A stretch of DNA of 64,000 nucleotides, taken from NCBI GenBank assembly GCA_965261965.1, contig OZ253489.1, positions 1,538,969 to 1,602,968 of the forward strand. Reading direction: 5' to 3'. Below are positions 28,263 to 37,978 of the stretch, in pieces (the stretch's first letter is position 1; each line of letters opens with the position of its first letter). A program made the position numbers and the translations under genes. This DNA comes from Dehalococcoidia bacterium (GTDB lineage: Bacteria; Chloroflexota; Dehalococcoidia; Lucifugimonadales; JAGWBF01). The notes under the pieces are model-generated. The model was not told where the DNA came from, did no database searches, and saw only the letters and a list, made by a program, of their open reading frames with translations.

Positions 28263-29987
28263 AAGCCCGAATCCACCGATGGACAGGGATGGACGGCGTG
28301 AGGACAGCGGAAGGGGGTGAGGGAGTTACAGGCGCGATGATCCGGGCTCGAATTTGGGTAGACGGGAGGTTGGCGGGCGGTCTGCAGGCGCTTTTGGGGG
28401 CACCGATGGCGGCCTACAGTGGCTGTGGAGAGCGAGATGGCGGGATAGGACACGGCAAGAGGCGCTCGCGGACTGGGCTGGCGCGAGTTTGCGGGGACGT
28501 TGGGTTGGCTGGCGAGTCAGTGGCGGACGGGCGCCGTCAGGCAGGGAGTGGCAGGGCGCGCAATCGGGCCAGGGCACGATCGAACTGGGCTTCCCAAGGC
28601 CAGCGCTGTGGCAGATGCAGTGTGAGGCGGCGTGCCGAGCGGGTGATCCGTCCGGCCAGGGAGAAGAACCGTCGTCTGAGGGTCTTGGTGGTCACGATCT
28701 GCTCGCCCAGACCGATGCGCGCTGTCCAGCGGGCGAGGTTGTGGGCCATCACCTGTACCGCCAGCCAGGCGGCGTTGGCGGCGAAGCGGCCCGAGGGGAG
28801 ATGGTTCAACCCCACACCGTGCTTGAGGTCTCGGATGGCATTCTCGATCTCGGCGTGGCGGCGATGGTCGGCCTCCAGTTCGAGCATCTCCCCGTCCCGG
28901 TCGGTGATGAAGCCGTGATAGCTGTAGGAGGCGAAGAGGGCCAGCTGGGAACCGGGCGTGGGCTTCACACGCCGGACGATGAGCCGCACCGGTGCGGCGT
29001 CAGGTTCACTCTGGAACGGAGTGCAGGTGGTCTCGGCCACATCGGCGGCGCCGTCCATCCAGTAGGGAATGGGAGTCCAGGCATCCTCTGGTATCGCCTC
29101 GATGAGATTGCGCAGGCTCTTGTGCTGGCGGATGGTGATGGAGAAGCGGACATCCATCTTGCGGCAGACGGATACCACGCCATGAGTGTAGAACCCGCTG
29201 TCGGCCCGTAGCGTGAGTCGTCCGTTGGCCCCGGCGTAGCGCACCCGTCCCACCGTCTCCCGCAGGAAGTGGGCGGCGCCGCGGGCGGTGTTGGCCCGGC
29301 CCTCGCGCAGCCGGGACATCAGCACGTCTCCGGTGCCGGCGGCGATGGCCAGCAGCGGGTGGTAGCCCCGCTTGCCGGTATAGCCGTGGTGGCGGGCGCC
29401 CTCCTTGGCCAGTCCGTAGGTCTCGCAGATGGTGGAATCGAGGTCGATGGTGAACGGCGCGTCGCCGGGTCCGGCACCGGCCTTCCAGACCCGGGCCAGC
29501 AACTCGCGGCTCACCCGGTCCAGTTGGCGGACATGGCCCCACCTGAAGCTGCGCAGGAAGGTCCCCAGGGTGGAGGGCGCCTTAGCCGTGAAACCGAGCA
29601 CGCGGGCGGTCCCGCCGGCGCGCAGCACATCGGCGTCGTCGATGCAATCTCCGCCGGCTAGGGCGGAGGCCACCAGGGTCATCATCTTGTCGCCGGTGTT
29701 CGCCCGGCCCGGTGCGCCGCCGAGGTCGAGGTCCTTCCGGAGGAGTTGGGGCAGGCCAAGGCGCAGGGCGAGGGTGGCGGGAAGGATCAGCCCGGCATTG
29801 GCCACCAGGCGGTGATCGTCGAAGGCGATTTGGATGCGGTCGGGGTGGTTACGTGGTAGCATCTATCGGGTGCTCCTTTTCTGGGACCGGTTTTCTGTTA
29901 CAAAACCATTATCCCAGATTCAGAGGCGCACCCTTTTGTTTCTTCAGCAGGCCTCCTACACGCCGTCCTTCGGTGGATTAGGGCTAA
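28261..29987 (-). mobile_element. IS1380-family insertion sequence
   Basis: IR AGCCCGAATCCACCGA / rc AGCCCTAATCCACCGA, a GC-rich single transposase, and an end shared with 1-51. Confidence 0.88.
28537..29862 (-). CDS. IS1380-family transposase
   Basis: IDLDST, LRADSGF, EIENAIRDLK DDE residues. Confidence 0.95.
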   Translation of the reverse strand: MLPRNHPDRIQIAFDDHRLVANAGLILPATLALRLGLPQLLRKDLDLGGAPGRANTGDKMMTLVASALAGGDCIDDADVLRAGGTARVLGFTAKAPSTLGTFLRSFRWGHVRQLDRVSRELLARVWKAGAGPGDAPFTIDLDSTICETYGLAKEGARHHGYTGKRGYHPLLAIAAGTGDVLMSRLREGRANTARGAAHFLRETVGRVRYAGANGRLTLRADSGFYTHGVVSVCRKMDVRFSITIRQHKSLRNLIEAIPEDAWTPIPYWMDGAADVAETTCTPFQSEPDAAPVRLIVRRVKPTPGSQLALFASYSYHGFITDRDGEMLELEADHRRHAEIENAIRDLKHGVGLNHLPSGRFAANAAWLAVQVMAHNLARWTARIGLGEQIVTTKTLRRRFFSLAGRITRSARRLTLHLPQRWPWEAQFDRALARLRALPLPA

Positions 29988-30490
29988 AGCTTCACACCTG
30001 TTTCGTCGTTTAGACCGTTCTTCAGATCCCGAAGCATCTCTGCTGCCGTGACGCCAAGGACCGGATGGCGAAGCTCCGGCGATATGTCAGCTAAAGGGAC
30101 CAGGACAAAACCTCGCGACGCCAACCTGGGGTGGGGTATCTCAAGGTCAGCTTCCGATATCACCGCATCACCAAAGAACAGGATATCCACATCCAAGGTC
30201 CGGGGGCCGTTTCTGAACGTGGGTTGCCTTTTGAGAGCCGCTTCCACATCTTTGGCAAATGCCAACAGTTCCCACGGAGATAGAGTGGTTTCTCCCCGGC
30301 AAACACAATTGAGGAAGCTGGGTTGTTCCGCAAATCCCCAAGGTTCGGTCTCGTACATGGGAGAAACTTGGGAGATGCGGACCTTTTCTTCCAGTAAATC
30401 GATTCCCTTTCGGAGGTTGCTCTCCTTGTTCCCCAAGTTGGAGCCAAGCCCCAGATGGACCACTACCACCTCCATTCGGCGGGCCTCCAT
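29984..30490 (-). CDS. folK: 2-amino-4-hydroxy-6-hydroxymethyldihydropteridine diphosphokinase
   Basis: LGLGSNLG, YETEPWG, FLNCV, GPRTLDVDIL, PHPRL, FVLVPL. Confidence 0.95.
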   Translation of the reverse strand: MEARRMEVVVVHLGLGSNLGNKESNLRKGIDLLEEKVRISQVSPMYETEPWGFAEQPSFLNCVCRGETTLSPWELLAFAKDVEAALKRQPTFRNGPRTLDVDILFFGDAVISEADLEIPHPRLASRGFVLVPLADISPELRHPVLGVTAAEMLRDLKNGLNDETGVKL

Positions 30491-31341
30491 CCTCGGACTA
30501 TAGCATCGCTGACCCGCACCACGCGGACCATCTCCTTCACATCATGCACCCGCACAATGTCAGCGCCGCCTGCGATACAGATGGCAACAACTGCTGCGGT
30601 GCCTTCCACCCGCTCATCAGGGGGCAGCCCTCCCAACACCAACCCGATGTGGGATTTTCGCGAAGGTCCAACCAGAATGGGGTATCCCAGCACCTTGAAA
30701 TCTTCTATCTTCCCCTCAAGCTCCAAACATTGTTGAGCTATCTTCCCGAAGCCGATGCCCGGGTCGACGATGATGTTTTCTGGACGTACTCCTGCTTCTT
30801 GGGCCTTATTTGCTGCCCATTTCAGACTGTCGATGATCTCCGGGACCATATCCGAATAGGAATGTCCATCTTTGTTGTGCATCAGCGCCACAGGAACATC
30901 GTAGGATGATACCACCCGCAGCATATCCGGGTCCGACCTGGCGCCCCATATGTTGTTGATCATAGAAGCGCCCAAGTCCAAGCATTTTTCAGCCACTTCA
31001 GCCTTATAGGTATCAATGCTGATCGGGACCTTGATCTCTCGAACAAGCTGCTCCACCACCGGCGCCACCCGCCTCAGCTCCTCGTCAACGTCTATAGCTT
31101 GGGCCCCGGGCTTGTCATTGTACCGGCGCGTCGACTCACCGCCGACGTCAATGATATCGGCGCCGGCAGCTTCCATGCTTACAGCCAGTTCCACCGCCGC
31201 CCGAACATCGCCGCCGAGACCATCTCCGGAGAAGGAATCCGGCGTGACATTCACCGCACCCATGATATAAGTTCGCTCTCCCCACACGAACGCCCCACCT
31301 CGGCGCATCGTCGTTTGGATTTGTCTGTCTTTAGCTGTCAT
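30463..31341 (-). CDS. folP: Dihydropteroate synthase
   Basis: NVTPDSFSGDG, DVGGESTR, SIDTY, DPGIGFGK, SRKS, VRVHDV. Confidence 0.96.
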   Translation of the reverse strand: MTAKDRQIQTTMRRGGAFVWGERTYIMGAVNVTPDSFSGDGLGGDVRAAVELAVSMEAAGADIIDVGGESTRRYNDKPGAQAIDVDEELRRVAPVVEQLVREIKVPISIDTYKAEVAEKCLDLGASMINNIWGARSDPDMLRVVSSYDVPVALMHNKDGHSYSDMVPEIIDSLKWAANKAQEAGVRPENIIVDPGIGFGKIAQQCLELEGKIEDFKVLGYPILVGPSRKSHIGLVLGGLPPDERVEGTAAVVAICIAGGADIVRVHDVKEMVRVVRVSDAIVRGWRPAEWRW

Positions 31342-31521
31342 GAGCGAGGGGCCTTACAGAAGTATCGAACACGAAAATATTTCATCTCAGCTTTGGGAGG
31401 ACACGATATGACCCTTAATTCATTCTAACACCCTGCAATCTAGCTTGCACCGAAGAAAAGCCTTTTGCTAGTATTGTCTTCGAAAAGGCGACACTCCCCC
31501 GGAGTTCCAAAGGAGACCCTG

Positions 31522-33084
31522 ATGGCGGCTGTGCGGAGGACCCCAAAAAAACATGACGAACTGAAGCGCCTGAAGGAGCAGTCTCACCTTGGCGGCGGGC
31601 AGAGCAGGATCGACACCCAGCACTCCAAGGGTAAGCTGACGGCTTGGGAACGAATAAATCTGCTCATGGACGAAGGATCCTTCGAAGAGATCGATGCTTT
31701 TGTTTCCCATCGAGCTACGGACTTTGGCATGGACAAGACGCACTATCCCGGCGATGCGGTGGTCACCGGTTACGGCCGCATCGACGGACGTAAAGCTTTT
31801 GTCTACGCCCAAGACTTCACCGTGTTCGGAGGTTCTGTTTCCGAGGCGGTCGGCCAGAAGATTTCCAAGGTGATGGACCTGGCTGTCAAAACCGGTTCCC
31901 CGATCATAGGCTTAAACGATTCAGGGGGCGCCCGCATTCAAGAAGGTGTCCTTAGCTTATCCGCGTATGGCGATATTTTTCTGCGCAACACTCTGGCTTC
32001 GGGCGTCGTTCCCCAGTTGTCCGTGATCTTGGGTCCATCGGCCGGCGGTGCGGTCTATTCCCCTGCCATCACCGATTTTATCTTCATGGTGCAGGATATC
32101 GGCCAGATGTACATCACCGGCCCCGATGTTATAAAAACCGTCACAGGCGAAGATGTTACCCACGAGGACCTGGGCGGGGCACGGGCTCATGGAACCATCA
32201 GCGGTGTGGCCCAGTTCATTGCTGAATCAGAGGATGAATGCTTTGCGCAGGTGCGGCGCCTTCTGAGCTTTCTTCCTCCCAACAACATGGAAGACACACC
32301 GCTGCTTGTCACCTATGACGACCCTTTTCGCACCGATGAGACCCTAAGAGAGGTGGTCCCCGAAGAGCCCAACCGGGCTTACGATGTCAGGGATGTCATC
32401 ATCCGGGTGGTGGATGATGCCGACTTTATGGAAGTCCACCAAGCTTATGCTCCCAACATAGTGGTGGGCTTTTCAAGGCTGAATGGCCGGGTTGTCGGCA
32501 TTGTGGGCAATCAGCCAGCTCATCTAGCAGGGGCGCTGGATATCAATGCGTCATCGAAAGCTGCCCGGTTCGTCCGGTTTTGCGACTGCTTCAACATACC
32601 CTTGGTGACCTTCGTAGATGTGCCCGGTTTTATGCCAGGCACCGATCAAGAGTACGGTGGCATCATCAAGCACGGTGCAAAGCTCCTCTATGCTTATGCA
32701 GAGGCGACGGTCCCCAAGCTCAGCGTGATGACGCGTAAAGCCTACGGGGGAGCTTACATCGTCATGAGCAGCAAGCATCTGCGCGGGGATGTCAACCTGG
32801 CATGGCCTTCTGCAGAGATTGCTGTGATGGGTCCCGAGGGGGCGGTTAACATTCTATACAAGGAAGAGCTGGCTGGCGCAGCGGACCCTCAGAAGAAGCG
32901 CACCGAGCTGATCGAAGAGTTTCGCGGCAGGTTCTCCAACCCTTACATAGCAGCCAGCCGCGGTTTCTTGGACGATGTGATCGAACCCCACGAAACCCGT
33001 CCTCGCCTGATCAAAGCTCTGGAGATGCTGCAGAGCAAGCGCGACAGCTTGCCCCCCAAGAAACACGGCAACATACCCCTATAG
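31522..33084 (+). CDS. pccB: Acyl-CoA carboxylase carboxyltransferase subunit (PccB/MmdA-like)
   Basis: [46 protein letters not shown] 31522 has AGGAG. Confidence 0.88.
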   Translation: MAAVRRTPKKHDELKRLKEQSHLGGGQSRIDTQHSKGKLTAWERINLLMDEGSFEEIDAFVSHRATDFGMDKTHYPGDAVVTGYGRIDGRKAFVYAQDFTVFGGSVSEAVGQKISKVMDLAVKTGSPIIGLNDSGGARIQEGVLSLSAYGDIFLRNTLASGVVPQLSVILGPSAGGAVYSPAITDFIFMVQDIGQMYITGPDVIKTVTGEDVTHEDLGGARAHGTISGVAQFIAESEDECFAQVRRLLSFLPPNNMEDTPLLVTYDDPFRTDETLREVVPEEPNRAYDVRDVIIRVVDDADFMEVHQAYAPNIVVGFSRLNGRVVGIVGNQPAHLAGALDINASSKAARFVRFCDCFNIPLVTFVDVPGFMPGTDQEYGGIIKHGAKLLYAYAEATVPKLSVMTRKAYGGAYIVMSSKHLRGDVNLAWPSAEIAVMGPEGAVNILYKEELAGAADPQKKRTELIEEFRGRFSNPYIAASRGFLDDVIEPHETRPRLIKALEMLQSKRDSLPPKKHGNIPL

Positions 33085-33507
33085 CGTACCCTTGCTTGCA
33101 GGAGCGCTCGCGCCGCCGAACCGGCGGCGGTGTTCTCGCAGGGTTCAATTGTCCATTACAACCAGGAGTCCGGCAGCTTCCGCCTTCGCTGCGGATGCTT
33201 CATCCACCACGCCATCCTGCATCCAGATGAACTTGGCCCCCACCTGAATAGCTTGGTCCACCACAGGAGCCACCAACTCCGATCGCCGGAATATATCCAC
33301 CATATCAATGGGTTCCGGCACCGATTCCAGGTCTGGATAGCTTTTTTCACCCAGAACTTCTTCGGTCATGGGATTTACAGGGATGATCCGATAACCCTGC
33401 TGCTGCATATATCTCGATACCCGGTAGCTGTCCCGGTCCGGGTTGGGGGATAGCCCAACCACAGCGATGGAGCTACTTTTGGTGAGCTGCACATCCACAA
33501 CGTCCAT
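33079..33507 (-). CDS. YccU-like CoA-binding protein with in-frame UGA at 33145-33147; probable Sec readthrough to TAG at 33079
   Basis: [30 protein letters not shown]. The frame continues [16 protein letters not shown], matching the family tail VMDxCxxxEH. Confidence 0.75.
33111..33129 (-). promoter_or_regulatory. SECIS-like hairpin CGCCGCC-GGUUC-GGCGGCG
   Basis: Perfect 7-bp stem starting 15 nt after the UGA; G-led loop 22 nt from the UGA. Confidence 0.5.
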
Positions 33508-33602
33508 GGGAGATACCTGCCTTTCGCAGTAAATCGGGGCTGTTCGTAGCAGATCAAGGTTTCAAGAAACCGAGCCGGGGCCGCGGAACCGTTCCACGGA
33601 AG

Positions 33603-34481
33603 TTACTTCGGTTCGTCTCCCAGACGCTCATCCATCTCCTGCAAGAATCGTTCCACCTCAGGAGAAAGGGGTTGAACGGCTGTATCCGCGGCTGGTTCGC
33701 TTGCCGCATCATAGCTGCCTTCCAACTGGCGGATCAAAGTTTCAGCTTGGGGATTGCGGGCAACAGCTTCATCCACCTGCCGGTATTGCCGGGCCCCTCG
33801 TTCGCGGTCTATCAGATGGTCGGGAAGCTGGTACAACTCACACAATATTTCCAAGAGACGAGCTACCCCCGAATAATCTTCATCAAGCTGGGCATAGTGA
33901 GGGAGCCGCACCAACAGGTTCATCGATTCGATGTCCATCTTCTGGGCTTCGATGGAGATCGTCGAAACTATGCTGGTGGGGCCCTGATAGTTGCTGCGCT
34001 GGATGCCGAACCGCTTCATATGCTCATCAGGCCCTGTCCCGGTTACCAGTAGGGGCCGGGTGTGGGGCACCGCATCAGCGACCCCGCCAACTTGGATGTA
34101 GCGCTTCACATCGAAATACTTGAGGATTTCCAGCACGGATTCCACGAAATCCTCACCTTGAATATGCGGTTCGAGTAGATGCAGGAAAAGGAAGTCCGGG
34201 GGCTGATCGCGTTGAGCATACAACACTGTGGTGTTGGGTATTGTCACCCGGCGTTCCACACCTACGTTCATAACCCTAGGCCGGTAGCGGGAAAAATCGT
34301 AGAAATCCCCTGGCCGGGCCAGCTTGCCAATCTCCTGAGCATCCAGGTGCCTTTCAGCTCTGATCAGTGTGTGGCGGCCCACCCTGCCAACATCCACCCA
34401 TGGCCGCAGAGTTACCAATGCATGGATCTGCTGGCTCGGTTCGGGCGCCGGTTCGTTGATTTCAAATGCTCCTATTTTCAC
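33603..34481 (-). CDS. PAC2-family (proteasome assembly chaperone-like) protein
   Basis: PWVDVG, DFYDFSRYRP, GVADAVPHTRP, YQGPTS, LPHY. Confidence 0.85.
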   Translation of the reverse strand: MKIGAFEINEPAPEPSQQIHALVTLRPWVDVGRVGRHTLIRAERHLDAQEIGKLARPGDFYDFSRYRPRVMNVGVERRVTIPNTTVLYAQRDQPPDFLFLHLLEPHIQGEDFVESVLEILKYFDVKRYIQVGGVADAVPHTRPLLVTGTGPDEHMKRFGIQRSNYQGPTSIVSTISIEAQKMDIESMNLLVRLPHYAQLDEDYSGVARLLEILCELYQLPDHLIDRERGARQYRQVDEAVARNPQAETLIRQLEGSYDAASEPAADTAVQPLSPEVERFLQEMDERLGDEPK

Positions 34482-34531
34482 GGTTGTATTTTGTCAGGAA
34501 CCTAGCCGATTTGCAAGGCAGCCCCACCTGG

Positions 34532-34629
34532 GCAACCGTTCAGACTTGGCGGGAAACCCAGGTGATCGCCCTCTCCTTATCACCATCCTGAGGAAGCCCC
34601 AAGATAACCCGCCGAGGCTGAACAGCTAC
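34532..34629. mobile_element. Degenerate ~98-bp IS66-type miniature element
   Basis: GCAACCGTTCAGACTTGGCGGG / rc GTAGCTGTTCAGCCTCGGCGGG resemble the IS66 TIR and the 7479 end; no TSD. Confidence 0.5.
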
Positions 34630-34652
34630 CCGACAGATCCAAGCGTCGGGCA

Positions 34653-36090
34653 GTAACAGTTCAGAGTTGAGGGGAAAGTAGTAGGTCACGGCATTCCAAG
34701 AGGGGGTTGAGGCCCTTGGCGCGCCATGTCCCAAAGAGGGATGCCAGGGTCATTTTGGTGTCGCTGCCCTGTTTGGAGCGAGTGCCGCCGCTAATCTTAC
34801 GGCTGATCACCAGGTGCCGCAGGCTTCGTTCGGCGGCGTTGTTCTCCGACGGCGCGTCTGGGTGGGACACGAAGACGAACAGCTCCTTGATGAACCGTTC
34901 TATGCGCCGGCAGAGCTTGGACTGGGGCGCGGCTTGGTCCTTGAAGAAGGGGCTGCACAGCGCCAGCAGTTCCTTCTCCAAGGTCAACTGGCGTCGCGAG
35001 GCCAGCCGGGGGCCATCGGCAGGAACGCAAGTCCTGGCCTTGGCATATACCCGCCGCACCGCACCGGCCCACTGTGCCAAGCCGAGGTCATCAGGATACC
35101 AAGCCATGAGCTCATCCATATCCCGCAGCAGGTGTGCCCAACACCGCTGCTTCAGGCCGGGGTAGTGGTTATATGCGGCGTAGAAGTCACTCACCAGCAC
35201 TCCGCTGAATGCCTCTCCCAACGCCTCGTCCACCACCCCCTTGCCACGACCGCGACGCAGGAAGTACCGCTCCGTGGGAGTGCTGAAGGTCCAAACGTAG
35301 CCGTTGACTCCATCCTCACGCCAGCCGGTCTCATCTGCATGCACCACCGGAGAGCCACGAATGCGTTCCAGGGTCTCGGCCACTGCCATCCGGGCCTGTC
35401 GTGCCACACTATGAATCGTCTCCACGATGGCGCCCACGCTCAGCTTCAACCGATGCACCGTCTGAAGGTACTGCTGGATGCTCCTTATGGGCAGCCGTCC
35501 CTCCTCCCGCAGCGTCACTATCAGGCTCGCAAGGTTGATACCAAGGCGCCGAGGCCCCACTGCCAATCCCTGCAACGCACCACGGGGCACCCGCCGTTTC
35601 CGGCATAGCCCACACATTCGAGCCATGAAGACGTGCTCGACCACCTCCGCCGGAACCAACGGAAGCTCGATGACCTCACGAGTCCGCTGTACCCATCCCC
35701 CTGCCAGGCCCGTCCCACACTCGGGGCACGACTCCAGAGCATGCACCACCTGCCGCGTGGGTTCCATTCGCTGCCGGGCAAAGCCGTGGAGACGACGCTT
35801 CCTCGATCCCTTTCTCTCCGGCTGACTCCCCTTGGCGCGCGGCTTATTGCCCGGCATCCCTGCAGACGGGCCGCCAGTACCCGGACGGGCCTCCAACTCC
35901 TTCACCCGTCGCTCCAGCTCGGCGATGATCGTCTGCTGCTTGGCAATAACCTCCAGCAGGGTCTCCCGGCTCGTGGTGCGAAGGTCCACTTCATTGTCCA
36001 CCCCTCTCGTTTAACACAATCAAACGCCCCTTGCTCCGTACTCTCCACCCAGATTCCGAGCAATTCACCTCTCCAACTCTGAACAGTTAC
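34653..36090 (-). mobile_element. IS66-family IS (single-ORF type), 1438 bp
   Basis: TIR GTAAC(A/T)GTTCAGAGTTG; perfect 8-bp TSD GTCGGGCA at 34645-34652 and 36091-36098. Confidence 0.95.
34661..36001 (-). CDS. IS66-family transposase
   Basis: Leucine zipper, CPEC zinc finger, HADETGW, VSDFYAAY, QRCWAHLLR, NNAAERSLR. Confidence 0.95.
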   Translation of the reverse strand: MDNEVDLRTTSRETLLEVIAKQQTIIAELERRVKELEARPGTGGPSAGMPGNKPRAKGSQPERKGSRKRRLHGFARQRMEPTRQVVHALESCPECGTGLAGGWVQRTREVIELPLVPAEVVEHVFMARMCGLCRKRRVPRGALQGLAVGPRRLGINLASLIVTLREEGRLPIRSIQQYLQTVHRLKLSVGAIVETIHSVARQARMAVAETLERIRGSPVVHADETGWREDGVNGYVWTFSTPTERYFLRRGRGKGVVDEALGEAFSGVLVSDFYAAYNHYPGLKQRCWAHLLRDMDELMAWYPDDLGLAQWAGAVRRVYAKARTCVPADGPRLASRRQLTLEKELLALCSPFFKDQAAPQSKLCRRIERFIKELFVFVSHPDAPSENNAAERSLRHLVISRKISGGTRSKQGSDTKMTLASLFGTWRAKGLNPLLECRDLLLSPQL

Positions 36091-36163
36091 GTCGGGCAGT
36101 CCGTCGTTGACGCTGATGCTATGCTGACATAGCCAGTTGAGGGTGTGACCCGGAGGGAAGGAC

Positions 36164-37096
36164 TTGCTGCAATCACCTTTTATCATCGAACCCACGCCCC
36201 CCTTTGATTTCGAGCTGACCGCCGGTTATCGTGCAGCTAACCGGCGGTACCTCGGCAATAAAGAATATTCCGACGGGGTATACCGCCAGATCATTGACTC
36301 CAATGACAAGGCGCTTCTGGCTTCAGTTCGGTCTACGGGCAGCGTAGATGCTCCCAAGCTGGAAGTGACCTTGGAAGGGGAACATCCGGGTTCGAAACTT
36401 GCTGATGCTGTGGCAAAGGAGATCTCATGGGCTTTGGGTGCCGGCGCCCAGTTGGCGCAATTCTATTCAATGGCGGAAGAAGATGAACCTTTGCAAAGAT
36501 ATGTGCGCCAGCTTTATGGGCTGCACCCAACGCACACATCATCGATGTTCGAAGCCATTGTCGTTGCGGTTACAGGTCAGCAGATCGCCGCTGGGGTTGC
36601 CCACACCATCAGGACCCTGCTCATCCAAGAATACGGCCGCTCGGTAACCATCGGCGCGCAGACCTACAACCTGTTCCCTACAGCAGAAGCTTTGGCATCC
36701 GCCGGCGTTTCGGGACTACGGAAAATCAAACTCAGCACCCGAAAAGCTGAATACATCGTCGACCTGGCATCCAAGATAGCATCGGGAGAACTGGACCTGG
36801 ATGCTTGCCATCACCTGTCCTCCACAGAGGTCGATCATATGTTGATGCAACTCCGGGGGATCGGCAAATGGACGGTCCAGTGGCTCAAGATCGTAGCTAT
36901 GAATTACTATGATGCTTTCCCGTCGGGTGATCTAGCTTTGAGGCGATTTGTATCGTTTTTGTATCTGGACAGCCACCCTATCGATGAAACCGCCGTTGAA
37001 GAATTTTCTCAGCGCTGGTATCCCCATCGGGCCTTGGTAACTGTGTACCTCTTTGCGGCAGCCCGCATGGGCTTGATGGAAACCAAACGTATCTAG
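36164..37096 (+). CDS. alkA: DNA-3-methyladenine glycosylase II
   Basis: FEAIVVAVTGQQI, LRGIGKWT HhH, FPSGDL, WYPHRA. Confidence 0.85.
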   Translation: MLQSPFIIEPTPPFDFELTAGYRAANRRYLGNKEYSDGVYRQIIDSNDKALLASVRSTGSVDAPKLEVTLEGEHPGSKLADAVAKEISWALGAGAQLAQFYSMAEEDEPLQRYVRQLYGLHPTHTSSMFEAIVVAVTGQQIAAGVAHTIRTLLIQEYGRSVTIGAQTYNLFPTAEALASAGVSGLRKIKLSTRKAEYIVDLASKIASGELDLDACHHLSSTEVDHMLMQLRGIGKWTVQWLKIVAMNYYDAFPSGDLALRRFVSFLYLDSHPIDETAVEEFSQRWYPHRALVTVYLFAAARMGLMETKRI

Positions 37097-37125
37097 CACC
37101 GAAATTTCAGGATGAGAAGGGAGCT

Positions 37126-37857
37126 GTGATGTACGGTTGGAAAGCCAGGATAGGAGTTATCGTATCTCCACCCAACACCGTTTGTGAAAGGGAGATGGCT
37201 GAACTGGCTCCCGGAGGCGTTTCGGTGCATGCTGCACGGATGCTTAGGCCCAAGGGTGTGAACAGCCTGAACAGGGATGTGCTGCTCCAGACCAACGAGA
37301 GCTTACCTCAGATAGCAGGAAGCTTGGGCCACTTGAAACCTGATGTCGTGCTGTTTGCCCACACCATGGGCAGTATGATCAACGGGCCGGAGCATGAAGA
37401 AGCTCTGACCGCGATGTTGGCGGAAGCATCCGGCTGCCCAACCATAACAACCGCAACAGCGGTGGTGGATGCCCTGAATGCGATGCAAGTCCGGAAGTTG
37501 AGTTTGGCAGCTCCCTACCCAAGCGACCTGACCCAGATGGAGGTGAGGTACCTCGAAGCAGCGATTCCGGGACTTACGGTGGTAAAGGATATGTGCTTGT
37601 CGATGGAAAGTGGACTCGCCATCGGCGACCTACAACCGTCGGTAGCCTACAAGACCGCCACCCAAGTGGATGATGGCGAATCGGAAGCGGTCTTTCTTAG
37701 CGGCACCAATTGGCGGACTATCGACATGATCCGGTCCTTGGAAGAAGATTTGGGGAAACCTGTGATCACCGCCAACCAAGCAACCTTTTGGGCTGCCTTA
37801 AGATTTCTAAGGATTACCGGCATTCCCGGCTACGGTCAGCTGTTCGAGCATCGCTAG
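37126..37857 (+). CDS. Maleate isomerase/arylmalonate decarboxylase-like protein (Asp/Glu racemase superfamily)
   Basis: RIGVIVSPPNT, LAAPY, FLSGTN, GKPVITANQA; both catalytic Cys positions are substituted. Confidence 0.85.
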   Translation: MMYGWKARIGVIVSPPNTVCEREMAELAPGGVSVHAARMLRPKGVNSLNRDVLLQTNESLPQIAGSLGHLKPDVVLFAHTMGSMINGPEHEEALTAMLAEASGCPTITTATAVVDALNAMQVRKLSLAAPYPSDLTQMEVRYLEAAIPGLTVVKDMCLSMESGLAIGDLQPSVAYKTATQVDDGESEAVFLSGTNWRTIDMIRSLEEDLGKPVITANQATFWAALRFLRITGIPGYGQLFEHR

Positions 37858-37978
37858 CAGTACGGAGACCAGCCCTTCTGACGTTAAATTTCAAGGGTCG
37901 GCGGCGCCATGTCGCTGACTGCTCAGCAAGAGTATCGAACAACCCAGCTTACGTCGACTTTTATTGACTTTTTAGGGT

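Noticed and set aside
34500-34650. 6S/SRP-like RNA suggested by a 24-bp imperfect stem
   Set aside because: The arms match IS66-type TIRs, which is a simpler explanation; SRP and 6S motifs are absent.
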